Part shown: piece by piece, positions 45,525 to 56,399 of the stretch
Layout: each line of letters opens with the position of its first letter
How positions within the stretch are numbered: the first letter of the stretch is position 1
Source: a candidate division FCPU426 bacterium
Lineage (GTDB): Bacteria > Oederibacteriota > PGYV01 > Palsa-1178
DNA length: 64,000 bases
NCBI GenBank assembly: GCA_963840035.1
Contig: CAWIXE010000001.1
Location: 46,675-110,674 of the forward strand
Direction: 5' to 3'
Position numbers and translations under genes: made by a program
Notes under the pieces: model-generated
Seen by the model: only the letters and a program-made list of their open reading frames with translations
Database searches by the model: none
Told to the model about the DNA's origin: nothing

Positions 45525-48500
45525 TTAATGAACCACCGCTATCTTCTGCGTCGATTTATAATAATCCGTCTCCACCGACACTATATACGTTCCGCTCACG
45601 ACCTTCTGCCCTTTATCGTTTGTGCCGTCCCATATAACCTCGTGCTGCGTTCTGGCTGACACCGGCCCGTCAAAAAGCGTCTTTATGAGGGCCCCTGTCC
45701 TGCTATAAATTTTTACCGTCGCGTTGTCATTTTCATACGCGTTAAAGACTATCCTGCTGCGCTCGCCTTTTTCAGGGTTTATTACGCTCTTATATAGTGT
45801 CACATCTTTTTCAGATATGGTTTCCTTTGTGTAGGCGCCGCTGCTTGTTCCCGCGTTTCCGCAGGCGTCAGCCCCGGTTACGGCCACCCTGTCTATGTCG
45901 CCCCAGCCTGTCTGTTTTGAGTAAAGATAGCGGAAAAACATTCCTGTAGTATCTCCAGGCACAGCAAAGGCAGTGCCGCTTAATACGGGTTTGTTGTCGG
46001 TATTGCCATGCGCGTATATTGTCAGCGATGGCGGTGTGACAAGCGGGTGAGTGCTGGTTATTTCCATTACCACATAATCCAGGTGTTCCGGGTTATAAAC
46101 AAGGTGCACCGAGAACCCGGGGGTGGCAGATGTACATGGCTGCGTGGAAGTGGCTGTCGCGGTAGGCGTGGCCGGCTTTGTGGACGTCCTGGTGGGCGTC
46201 GCGGTAAACGTGGGAGTTGCCGATACCGTATGTGTCAACGTGGCTGTAATTGTCTTCGTAGGCGTAAATGTAAAAGAAACCGCGCACGCGCATGTAAGCG
46301 ACAGCGTCGGCGTTGGAGTCGATGTGCGGGTCTGTGTGGCTGAATTTGTCTGCGTCAGGGTCACAGTGGATGTGACAGACGGCGTGGCCGTATTTGTCGC
46401 TGTCATGGTCCGCGTCTGCGTTGCCGTCATTGTTGCGGTCGGCGATACCGTCTTAGATGGAGTGTATGTGAAAGTTGCCGTGGTTGTGGCGGTCACTGTG
46501 TGAGGCGGGCACAAATCCTCTATGTTCCAGAGTATCATGTCGTATTGTTTTGAAGGCACGTAGGAACGGCCTGAAGCTATGGCCCTGCATACAGTCAGGT
46601 TCAGTATTGATGTCCCCTCCTCGTCATTGCCTGAATCGTAATACCTGCAGCCGCCAATGCCGAAAGTGGTATCAGCCGTCCCGTCAGGCAGGTATTTCCA
46701 AACGCATATGTCTTTATTTGCTCCGTTATGCCTTGTTCCACAGACCCATATGTTGCCCGAAGCGTCGCAAAACGCGTCTTTACCGCACGCGCCGCTCCCG
46801 CCTCCCGTGCTTGTGACAACGCCCGTCCCGTTGAAGGTGGTATCATAGGAGCCGTCGGCATTCATGACTATGACAATCATCTGCTGGCAGGTTAAATCAC
46901 AGCCTGAACCGTCATCAACAGAGCCTGTTATGACAATCTTGCCGCCCACGGTTATCGCTATTTTCACGGGTATGCAGTTCTTGTGGTTTATTACGGTGCT
47001 GATATACTTTCTGCAGCATGTTCCGTCGCCTCCAAAAGTATTCACCGGGGTCCCGTCCTCGAGGTAGCACCAGGTGACTATGGCGCGGCATGTGCCGGAA
47101 CAGCCCGGGTCATTAGAGGCGCTGTAGCCTGTCACGTATATTTTCCCTCCGCTGCACACTATGGAAGTGCCGCAGTCATCGCCGTTGCCGCCCGCCGCGT
47201 TATTCGATTTCACGCACCCGCCCGTGCCAAAGGAGGTATCCAGCGAACCGTCGTCATTGCATTTGATTATTATACTGTCATAATCCGTTCCGTTCCACGC
47301 CTTGCCCGTGCACACAATCTTCCCGCTTGAGTCAAAAGATATGCCGCAGCCGTATGATGGCCCGGTCCATGCCGCGTTCGCGTAAACTTTCCAGCCGCAG
47401 CCGTTAAATGTGGTGTCACATGAGCCGTCGGCATTGAACCTGTAAATGCACAGGTCAGAGCCTGCGCAGCCCGCCACAACTAATTTTCCGGAAGGGTCGC
47501 ACTCCATTGTGATGTCATTGTTCCACACGTAATTAGTCATCGGCCCCGGGCACTTTATTTTTCCGTTTTCCCCGAATGTCAGGTCTATGGACCCGTCAGG
47601 CAGGTATTTGTAAATGTATATGACATAGCATGTGCAGGTATCGTCCCAGATGATGTTCAGGGTGTAAATATTGCCTGAAGCGTCCTTGCATACTTTTTTT
47701 GAGGTATCGTCCCCGGGCCCACCTGTTATGACCGTGTCGTCAGGGAAAAATGACGACTGCGTCTGTGTTATGGTCGGGGTCAGGGTCATTGTCGCGGTTA
47801 TTGTAGGCGAAAAAGTCGGGGACAGCGGCGCAGGTGTATTGACCGGCGGGCATGGGTCCAGCCCGTATATTTCAATATCATCCACCATGAAATCAGACAC
47901 ATATGTCTGTCCAAGATTTGGGTCCGGATTTCTTGACTGAAACGCTATCGCGTACAACTGGCTCAGGCACTGGGCTTTATTCCGCAGCGACCCATAAGTG
48001 AGATTCATCATGGAAAAGGGTATGCTAATCTTCACCCATGTGCCGGCGGGAGTCTGTGCCGGGCCTATAAGATAGCTAAAATAATCCATTGTCGTCGGGT
48101 CAGGATTCAAAGAATCCATTAACATGACCTTGTATGTGCCGACCGTGTCTGTAATTCCCCTTTTTACCCGGAAACTTATACCGGACGCGCCGGATAAATC
48201 CCTTGAAGTTCCTGTAACATTTGTGAGCATGCATTCCATTCCGATCAATGGATATTTAAAATCCGCCGGCTGTGTTCCGCGTGTTACCGTGCCTGTGATG
48301 CCCGCGGCGTATCCCGTCCCGCCGTAACCCGGAGCGCTCATTATGAATCCCGATGTCGGGGGCCATACATATGATATTCCATAATTCACCGGCGCGCTGT
48401 CGTCGTAAGAACGCCATGCGCCTCCAAGGTAATTTACGTCATCACCGTCATTGCAGTCGTCAATTAGGCACGTGGCTGCAATGGTCGGCGTCATGGTGGC

Positions 48501-50587
48501 GGTATATGTGCGCGTTACCGTGTTGGTGGCTGTGTTCACCGCGGTCGGCATGACCGGAGTCAGTGTCGGCGTCGGCACGATTGTCCCGCACCCCGTGAGC
48601 ATAACAACACCATTTGAATCAGCTGTGATCCCGCCCGGAGTATTCGCTTTTATGGAAGCCACATTTGTAATGTTCACGCATGCGTTGACAATTCCCCACC
48701 ACGTGAGCGAGCCTTCAACCGCTTCAGAGCTGTCCCCGAGGCTCCACTTTAAAACCGGCCCGGTTGATGACGGCGGCGTCATTGCTCCGGCATAAGTAAT
48801 GCCTGCAGGCACAGTGTCATATACTTCAATCCCGGTAAAGGGCCTTGAGGTTGTCAGGATGAAATTATCAAATGAATTAGTCGCTGATATGTTCCTTTTG
48901 AAGAAAATTCCCGGCCGCCAGTCGCTGTAATTTCCGCCGTACATAAAATCAGGGTCAGCTGCGGCGCCTGTATCCGTCCATGTCATCCAATTATTCGGCT
49001 CAGGGTCCCCGCGCTTCCATACTTTTACGTTAAATATGTAGTTGCCGGCCGAAGGCGCAATGACGGTCTTTGTCTTAAACCATTTGCCCCCGGTCAAACC
49101 CGCGGAATTTACCGTGTCCAGCGCGTACCACGCAGGGGTTCCGTCAGATTTTTCTATGCTTATATACCCGGCGGGCGCGTTATCAATGGATAATGTCAGC
49201 GCGTAGTACCTCTTATTTGGCGCGGCCAGCCCGTTGCTTTTTATCAGGACAGATAAATCAGAAGATATGTCGCCGTTAGGGTTTATGAGAACGTCAGCTT
49301 CTACCATGGCTGAGTTTCGTATCTGCACCAGCGAAGTATCCGCGTTATCAAGGAGCAGCGCGGGATATTTTAATGAACCCGCGATGTCCGCCGTAATAAA
49401 ACGGTCGCCCGTATTGCACGGCTCAGAAACAGTCCACGTACCATTCTCCCCGTTAAACGGGTCGAACTTCCAGCCTGCCGGAGGGGAGGCTGAGTATACT
49501 CCGGGTGTGATATCATCAAAAGGCCTGAACGCTTTCAGGACTCCGCCTTCCGCGAGGTAGTCCATGACATAAGTTACCACATCCCCTAAAGACCCGGACA
49601 ACCGGCTTTGCGCCACATTTATGGTCAGCGGAAATGCGTCAACCGAAGCAGGAAAATCCACGACAATATCGGAGAGTCCTGTCATCCTGCCGGTGGCCAG
49701 CGTGGAAAACGCCGTCCCCGCAGGGAGCGGATTTACGAGTTTACACTTTACCCACACAGTGCCTGCCGCGTCCCCGGCCATTGATGTCCTGTCCGGAAAT
49801 ATCCAGGTAATGTTCCCGCTTGTTGACCCTATTGCCGGCGCAGCCGCCACAATTGAGCCTGTCGGGCCGTATGATTCAAGGCTTAAATTCCCGCCTCCCG
49901 GTATGGAACTGATTATTGTCAGAGGGCCGTTTGCGTATCTATAATCATATGAAAAGACAATTGAATCATTTACCGTCTGTAGAATGCCCGCGGACACTCT
50001 CCCGTCGAACGAAAAACTTTTTGCCTTAACAGGAGCAGCCAGGAAGTGCCGCTGTAAGTACAGTCAGCCGGCGGCACCCATTCGGTTTCGTTTAAATTAG
50101 AGTCCTTCATCACAACGTGCAGGTAAAGCATGTTGTTTGAACATCCTGGAAAATTAAAGCCCCCCGGTATGTGTACCTGATAAACTTTCACAAAAGTTTT
50201 TCCGTCCCCGGTGCCGATGCATGTATCACAGTCAGCAATGCCGCCGCCCGGACTTGGATTTGCCATATAGCCGATTGCCCCTCCGCCGCCCGGCAGCGCT
50301 GCCGGCTGCATGGCCGCAATATCAATGCCTTTGGCGCTTACCACAAAAACCTGCCCCGTGGCTGAAACAGCCGGATTTTGCCTTGCCGGATTGGTGCTTA
50401 TGGCTATGGCAATCTGATGGCTGTTAAATAGCTGGCCGCAATATGACACAGTGATGTTAACAAGGTCCCCGAAGTCCGGGTTTGGCTGGTCCATTGTAAC
50501 GCTTAATATCCTCGGATTTGCAAAAAGAGATGCCGCTGATAATAGCATAATCAGCGCAGCAACTAACGAGCTTTTTATTGTTTTCAT
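45525..50587 (-). CDS. Large secreted multidomain protein (N-domain, DUF11-like, CIA30/CBM11-like, Cys-rich delta-60 propeller, Thr-Pro linkers, FlgD-Ig tail), split by one frameshift near 50040
   Basis: ORFs 49970-50587 (signal peptide) and 45525-49997 join with one extra base; VYDTVP; DGSLDTSFG repeats; WDGTNDKGQKVVSGTY. Confidence 0.8.
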
Positions 50588-50618
50588 TTTATTCTCCTTA
50601 TATTATTCCCTCACTGCA

Positions 50619-50647
50619 TATGACAGAAAAAACCGCGTATTAGTTCC
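50619..50647 (-). promoter_or_regulatory. ECF sigma promoter
   Basis: GGAACT-N17-GTCATA. Confidence 0.75.
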
Positions 50648-50653
50648 ATGTTT

Positions 50654-51556
50654 TTACAACTGCATATCCAGGGTTATCCTGTGCGCCGTTCCCAGGTTTC
50701 CAAAAGGCTGGTAAGCGTAGGAAAACCTTATTTTATCGAGTAAAACGCCGATTCCCGTGCTTAAACCGCTCAAATCATGCCTGAAGCCGTATCCGGCCCT
50801 TGCCACAAATATGTCATATATCTGCGCCTCTGCCCCAAAATCCAGCGTAGGAACCTCGTCCTTTCCAAAGAGCCTGTTAACATCGACAGAAAAAAGCAGG
50901 GATGCAACCCCTAATACCTTGAATTTTGTGCTCAGTCCGGCTTTAATATTTGAAGGCAGAGGGTCGCTTATTTCCACATACGCGCTCTGAAACCCTATGT
51001 TCTGTATCACGGCCCCGGCCCTGGTGTCGGGATTACTGCCGAGTTCCACAAAAACACCCGCATCCGCGGCCACGCCCGCTTTCTGGTAAATGTAAAGCCT
51101 GCTGTAAAACCCTTTTATGCTTGCGCCCAGCGCCACTTTCGGCATGATATAAAAACCATATGACCCCGCTATTACAAGGTCGCAATTATCCACCCTGCCT
51201 GTTTCAACACCAAATTCATCAATATCGTTAAAATCCATTGTGCAGACAAACTGTATCGAAGCTGCCGCGGTTCCGGCACCCACAGGCATGGCCCCGCCAA
51301 TGTACTCGCAGTTTGTATCGGCAAACGAGGAAAAATGAGTGAGGGAAATTGAGGTTTTTGTCACCTGGACTAACCCGGCCGGGTTAAATATCATGGCTGA
51401 GAGGTCGTCGGCCACGCCGCAAAAAGCGCTGCCCATTCCCGATGTCCTCGCGGAAGGTTCCATTCGCAGAAAATCCGCGTCAACCCTTCCAGCCCCGCAA
51501 ATGATTGAGGGGATAAGCAGAAGCAAAAGTATTTTAGACATTGTAAAGTAATTCAA
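50654..51556 (-). CDS. PorV/PorQ family outer-membrane beta-barrel
   Basis: ADFLR..SAR..GMG.AF.GVADD..A..FNPAGL; ARAGY; FSYAYQPFGNLG.AHRITL. Confidence 0.88.
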   Translation of the reverse strand: MNYFTMSKILLLLLIPSIICGAGRVDADFLRMEPSARTSGMGSAFCGVADDLSAMIFNPAGLVQVTKTSISLTHFSSFADTNCEYIGGAMPVGAGTAAASIQFVCTMDFNDIDEFGVETGRVDNCDLVIAGSYGFYIMPKVALGASIKGFYSRLYIYQKAGVAADAGVFVELGSNPDTRAGAVIQNIGFQSAYVEISDPLPSNIKAGLSTKFKVLGVASLLFSVDVNRLFGKDEVPTLDFGAEAQIYDIFVARAGYGFRHDLSGLSTGIGVLLDKIRFSYAYQPFGNLGTAHRITLDMQL

Positions 51557-51663
51557 CCCCGTTTCACCCGCTCCCGTGATAATCTGAACCCGGATCCCTG
51601 TTTCCTGATTTACTGTATTATATAATAGTTTATGGACATTACAAGCGGCTTATGCAAAAGTTA

Positions 51664-51699
51664 AATAAAAAAGCGGGGGTTTTACCCCCGCCTTTTATT
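51664..51699 (-). terminator. Rho-independent terminator
   Basis: AATAAAAAAGCGGGGGT-TTT-ACCCCCGCCTTTTATT. Confidence 0.75.
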
Positions 51700-51743
51700 T
51701 AACGCTGTCCGGTCCGCCGAAACCTTAATTTTTCAGGATTGCT

Positions 51744-53696
51744 TTATCTTATTACCGCCACTTTGATGGTTTTTTTCTTTCCGCAGGCGTCGATTACTAT
51801 GTTATATATCCCCGAGACCACGTCTTTTTCATCGCTGTTTTTAGCGTACCAGGTGAAGTCGTGCAATCCCGCTTCCACGTCCCTGTCATTTATAACCTTG
51901 ATTAATTTTCCGTTTTTGTTGAAGACTTTTATCTGAACCTTGCATTTTTTCTCAACCCTGTACTTCACATGGCAGCCTTCACCCGGTTTGTCCACGACAT
52001 TGTCGTCGATTTCATCTATAAAATCGTCATCGTTCATATCCGGCGTTGAAGTGGCTGTCACTGTCGGAGTGCCGAAATACGGTGTCAATGTCGGTGTGGC
52101 CGTATAGGTATTTGCCGGAATGTGCGGCGTAAGAGTCTCTGTGAATGTCTTTGTCACGGCCGGCGTGACAACGGTTACGGTTCGCGTAACGGTCTGCGTG
52201 GCAGTAACAGAAGATATGCACGCGCATGTCGGCGTAAATGTAGACAATACCGGTGTCCTTGTCAATGTCTCTGTAAATGTCATTGTAGTTCCCGGCGTCA
52301 CAGCGGTTATGGTCCGCGTAACGGTCTGCGTGGCTGTCTCCGTACATATCACCGGCGGCGCTACCGGGTTCGGGGTAAATATGACTGTATTATTTACCTC
52401 ATCAGATTCCGCCACCTGTGAATCCTTATCAACTATGACCTGCGTTGACGTAAGCGGTGTATATTGGTTATAAAATACCACTGTCGTGCTTGCGCCGGCT
52501 CCAAGCCCTGCTACAACCACTGTATTGCCTTCCAAATCCACTACAAAAGATCCGGCTGCTGATGATCCGGTATTTTGCACAAAAACCCTCGCCACTGTCG
52601 GGTCAGTCACCAGGTTGCAGGCCGCGATTGGCAGCCTTACATAGTCCATGCTGGTAGCCGCAAGCTCAGGCAGGCCGGGGTCAGGTGTGGAAGTGTATGT
52701 TACCGTCTCAGTAAATGTCGGAGTGATTATTACAGCAGTTCTGGTAGGTGTGATGGTAGAAGACCCGGAGCATAACAAATTTGCGGACACAGTATTTGAA
52801 AATGTCTTCGCGTAGTACGAATCGGCTGCCGCCGCGCTTGTAACGCTCATTCCGCAGTTAATCACTTTTGCCACCCATGTAAGCGCGCCTGATGTATTGC
52901 TGACGGTCCCCAGATACCACTGCACAATTCCGGGGCCAGCAATAGTCGCCGCGGGGCTTGATGTTACATATGTCATGTTAGCAGGCACTGTATCATATAC
53001 GGATACTTCAAATACGTTGCCCACAGCCGTATAATTAATTACATACGCGATTTCGTCGTTTACCGCAAAATCCGTCCCGTTCTGGAGTTTTGTGATGGTA
53101 AAAGTATCCAGCACGGCTGTCATTGTGGCGGTGCAGGTAAAAGTAGGTGTGGCGGCAGGCGCGGTGGATGTCTGTGTCGCTGTCACAGTAAACGTAGGGG
53201 TTCCCGTTAAAGTCGGAAAAGGCGTAAGCAATATGATATTCAAAGGTATGGATGCCTGGCTTTGTACTGATGTGCAGCTGGTTAAAAACGAGCTGCCTCC
53301 AACCACCACATAATACTGTGTGTACGGTTCAATCGGCCCGGTCGGGACATTAATCACCCATTCCACTGTCTCGCAATGCGCTGACGCCTGTGAGTCTCCC
53401 ATATCATAACCGCTGGAGAAACTTGTCTCCGGGGCTATATTTATACCCGATTCCGAAACCTTTATCAGCTGTCCTGAAGTATTGCACGGCTGAAATGTCG
53501 TAAATTTTGATATTGCGAGCGCAAGGTGGCTTGTATCAGAAGCGTCCGCACAGTAAGTGAAGTTCACGGTAATTGCCTGGCCCACGACCTGTGACGGCGA
53601 ACTTATGGAATTAATTACAACCCCTGATAATACCGCATGAGCCGCAGCTGAAAAAAGCATCAGGATTATGAGGACTGCTATTTTTTGTTTTTTCAT
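51744..53696 (-). CDS. Secreted Thr-Pro-rich protein with DUF11, CARDB and FlgD-Ig tail
   Basis: Signal peptide; VYDTVPANMTY; VQNTGSSAAGSF...VAESDEVNN; FTWYAKN...VVSGIY. Confidence 0.85.
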   Translation of the reverse strand: MKKQKIAVLIILMLFSAAAHAVLSGVVINSISSPSQVVGQAITVNFTYCADASDTSHLALAISKFTTFQPCNTSGQLIKVSESGINIAPETSFSSGYDMGDSQASAHCETVEWVINVPTGPIEPYTQYYVVVGGSSFLTSCTSVQSQASIPLNIILLTPFPTLTGTPTFTVTATQTSTAPAATPTFTCTATMTAVLDTFTITKLQNGTDFAVNDEIAYVINYTAVGNVFEVSVYDTVPANMTYVTSSPAATIAGPGIVQWYLGTVSNTSGALTWVAKVINCGMSVTSAAAADSYYAKTFSNTVSANLLCSGSSTITPTRTAVIITPTFTETVTYTSTPDPGLPELAATSMDYVRLPIAACNLVTDPTVARVFVQNTGSSAAGSFVVDLEGNTVVVAGLGAGASTTVVFYNQYTPLTSTQVIVDKDSQVAESDEVNNTVIFTPNPVAPPVICTETATQTVTRTITAVTPGTTMTFTETLTRTPVLSTFTPTCACISSVTATQTVTRTVTVVTPAVTKTFTETLTPHIPANTYTATPTLTPYFGTPTVTATSTPDMNDDDFIDEIDDNVVDKPGEGCHVKYRVEKKCKVQIKVFNKNGKLIKVINDRDVEAGLHDFTWYAKNSDEKDVVSGIYNIVIDACGKKKTIKVAVIR

Positions 53697-53729
53697 ATTA
53701 TTCTCCTTGTTTTTTATCCCTTACAAAAC

Positions 53730-53758
53730 TATGACAGAAAACGCCTTAATAAAGTTCC
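53730..53758 (-). promoter_or_regulatory. ECF sigma promoter
   Basis: GGAACT-N17-GTCATA. Confidence 0.75.
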
Positions 53759-53760
53759 AG

Positions 53761-54708
53761 TTATTTTTCTTCCTGCGGCTTTCCATCATATATCTCTATG
53801 TCCAGGCTAATCCTGTGCGCCGCTCCCAGCATCTCAAAAGGCTGGTAGGAGTAGGAAAACCTCACCTTTTCCATGTTCACTCCGATTCCCAGCGAAAGGT
53901 TGCCTGTGTCATGCCTGAAGCCATAACCTGCCCTGATTGAAATCATCTGAAAAACATCCGCTTCCGCGCCGATATCCAGGGTGGGAAGCTCGTCTTTCAT
54001 CACCAGCCTGTTCACGTCGACGCCGAGGGTAATAATGGCGGCGCTGCCCGCGTGTATCCTGGCGCCTATTCCCGCCTTTAAATTTATGGGCATGGGGTCT
54101 GCTATTGATATGTAAGCCCCCTGTACTCCCGCGTTTTGAAGGACGAATCCCGCGTAAATGTCAGGGTTGCAGCCTAACTGCATGCGTCCGCCTATATCAA
54201 AGGCAAAACCCTGCTTTGAATACTTATAAAGGACGCTCCTGAATAATTTCGCGTTTACGCCAAGGCTTATGTCCGGCGTAACAGGGTAAGCGTATGAAAA
54301 TGTCCCGACTATGTCCATATTATCCACGCTTCCGTTCTCCACGCCGTAGGAATCATATACGGGAAAATCAAATGTATAGTTGACAAGCAGCGAAGCGCCG
54401 AAGACGCCTTTAATGCCGTCAAAACCCATGGCGCCGCAGAGGTATTCGCTGTTGTTGTCGGCGAACGAGGAATAGTGCGTAAAAGAAACAACGGGTTTTT
54501 TTATTGATACAAGGCCGGCCGGATTATAAAGGATCGCATTTATATCGTCGCTTATGCCCGCGAACACATTTGACATGGCCGCTGTTTTGGCGGGCGGTTC
54601 AAGGCGTAAAAAATCCGCGCCAACCCCTCCCGCGCCAAAAGCCGGCATCACAGTTAACACGATTAAACAGGCAGACAAAAAAAATGACCTGACCGCTTTT
54701 GTTCCCAC
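53761..54708 (-). CDS. PorV/PorQ family outer-membrane beta-barrel
   Basis: GADFLRL..PAK.AAM, YNPAGL, IRAGYGFRHD, FSYSYQPF..LG.AHRISL; start uncertain (GTG 54708, up to 54774). Confidence 0.88.
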   Translation of the reverse strand: MGTKAVRSFFLSACLIVLTVMPAFGAGGVGADFLRLEPPAKTAAMSNVFAGISDDINAILYNPAGLVSIKKPVVSFTHYSSFADNNSEYLCGAMGFDGIKGVFGASLLVNYTFDFPVYDSYGVENGSVDNMDIVGTFSYAYPVTPDISLGVNAKLFRSVLYKYSKQGFAFDIGGRMQLGCNPDIYAGFVLQNAGVQGAYISIADPMPINLKAGIGARIHAGSAAIITLGVDVNRLVMKDELPTLDIGAEADVFQMISIRAGYGFRHDTGNLSLGIGVNMEKVRFSYSYQPFEMLGAAHRISLDIEIYDGKPQEEK

Positions 54709-54859
54709 AATGTGCCCCCACATTAAAATAATCACAGATTCCAAATCACATATCCCAAAGGTGGTACGAATCACAAATCTCTGATTACAAGTCCCAAATT
54801 TAAACCAAACCCTTTTATATCTTCAGTCCTCTTTGGGATTTGGGATTTGGGATCTGTGA

Positions 54860-55801
54860 TTACTTTACTATCGCCGCTTTTATCTTCTGCTCTGTCAGTC
54901 CGGTCTTAATATAAATAATGTATTTACCTGACGGAAGGTTCATGCCTGACGTGTTCCTGCCGTCCCATTTTTCCTCGTATATTCCCGTTGTTTTATCCGC
55001 GTTAACCATTTCATTAACCGGTTCGCCGCGGAAATTATATATTATGATTGTAACCTTTGCCGTTTCCAGAACTTCATATTTTATATGCATTGTCTCTCCC
55101 AGCGAAGGGTTAAAGACATTGTTGAGTATTATTACCGGTTTGTCCAGGCGCGGGGTCTGCGATTTTACAACCGCGGCGGCGATGACTTTGTTTTCCTTTT
55201 TTTCCTCCTGCGCCTGCGGTTTTACTTCAAAAACGGTAACAGGCTTTACCTCATGCGCCGGGCCTTTGCCTGGCCCGTCATACGCGGCCTGGTTCTCCTC
55301 CGGTTTTGACGCCACTTCCACAGCAGCCTGCGGCGCTTCCTGCGTGGCGTGTTTTACGGCCGCTCCGTCATTTTTTATCAGCTTAGGATAGGTGGCCTGC
55401 TTTGCCGGCGGTGCGTATGCCACAATTGATTTTTCATTTTTATTTGACGCCATTGATCCATCTGTTTTTATTGTTATCTTACCCGCCATAAGCACCAGGA
55501 ACATGAATGCGGCAAAAGCGCCTGCCGCGCTTAATACGGCGGCCGGGGTCAGCTTAAAAGAAAAAATCGTGTCCATTATTGAAGGCGGCTGTACGCCCGC
55601 TTTTTTCCATACTTTAGAGTTGAAATCAGCTGGTATCTTTATCTCAGCCGGATTTTCCACAGCTGTTTTTATTATCTTATAGGCCATGTATTCGGCCGAG
55701 CATTTTTTACATCCGCGGGCATGCTCCAGGAATTCCGCTCCCGGCGCCGCCTTGCCTTCTTCAGCCTCTTTTAATGTTTTTTTAAACTCTGCGCACTTCA
55801 T
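54860..55801 (-). CDS. Zinc-binding anti-sigma factor with TM and C-terminal FlgD-Ig domain
   Basis: MKC...HARGCKKC (HxxxCxxC), one TM, NVFNP...WDGRNTSG..LPSGKY; 4-nt overlap with the sigma gene. Confidence 0.85.
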   Translation of the reverse strand: MKCAEFKKTLKEAEEGKAAPGAEFLEHARGCKKCSAEYMAYKIIKTAVENPAEIKIPADFNSKVWKKAGVQPPSIMDTIFSFKLTPAAVLSAAGAFAAFMFLVLMAGKITIKTDGSMASNKNEKSIVAYAPPAKQATYPKLIKNDGAAVKHATQEAPQAAVEVASKPEENQAAYDGPGKGPAHEVKPVTVFEVKPQAQEEKKENKVIAAAVVKSQTPRLDKPVIILNNVFNPSLGETMHIKYEVLETAKVTIIIYNFRGEPVNEMVNADKTTGIYEEKWDGRNTSGMNLPSGKYIIYIKTGLTEQKIKAAIVK

Positions 55802-56382
55802 GATTTTTCACCCATCATTTTTATAAGTTTCTTTTTAAGGCTTTCCCTCGCGCGGGAAAGCTTTGACTTCACGCTTCCCAGAGGCATTTTAAGCACCGCG
55901 CTTATTTCCTCGTACTCGAGCCCCTGCATGTCCCGCAGTATTAATATGTTCCTTGAATCCTCGTCAAAACCTTCCATGGCCAGGTTTATCATCCTGCGGG
56001 ACTCTTCCGCTTCCAGCTGGTCGTCCACGCCGGATTTTTTATCCCTTATGTCTATTTCAATCTTTCCTGTTTCTTCGTCGCCGTGTATGGACTCGGTATC
56101 AAAGTAGTGGCGCCTGTTTAAGGCATCCAGCCTGTTTATGCACATGTTCACAGCCACCCTGTAGAGCCATGTCGAGAACTTTGATTTGTGCTCAAAACTT
56201 TTAATGTTTGAGTAAGCCGCGCAGAAGACTTCCTGCGCCATATCCAGGGCCTCCTCGGAGTTGCGCATGTACTTTAAGCACAGCCCCGCGATTACCTGCC
56301 TGTATGCGGTGATGATCCTGTCAAAAGCCCCCCTGTCGCCTGCCTGGGCTTTACGGACGAGTTCCGCGTCAATTTCCTGCAT
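55798..56382 (-). CDS. ECF RNA polymerase sigma factor
   Basis: DMAQEVF, SKFSTWLYRVAVN, LEYEEIS..L..PLGSVKSKLSRAR. Confidence 0.96.
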   Translation of the reverse strand: MQEIDAELVRKAQAGDRGAFDRIITAYRQVIAGLCLKYMRNSEEALDMAQEVFCAAYSNIKSFEHKSKFSTWLYRVAVNMCINRLDALNRRHYFDTESIHGDEETGKIEIDIRDKKSGVDDQLEAEESRRMINLAMEGFDEDSRNILILRDMQGLEYEEISAVLKMPLGSVKSKLSRARESLKKKLIKMMGEKS

Positions 56383-56399
56383 CGTTCTCCCTCATAACA

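Noticed and set aside
50005-50045. Programmed -1 frameshift at GCAAAAAG
   Set aside because: Only five As and not phased as X XXY YYZ in the upstream frame
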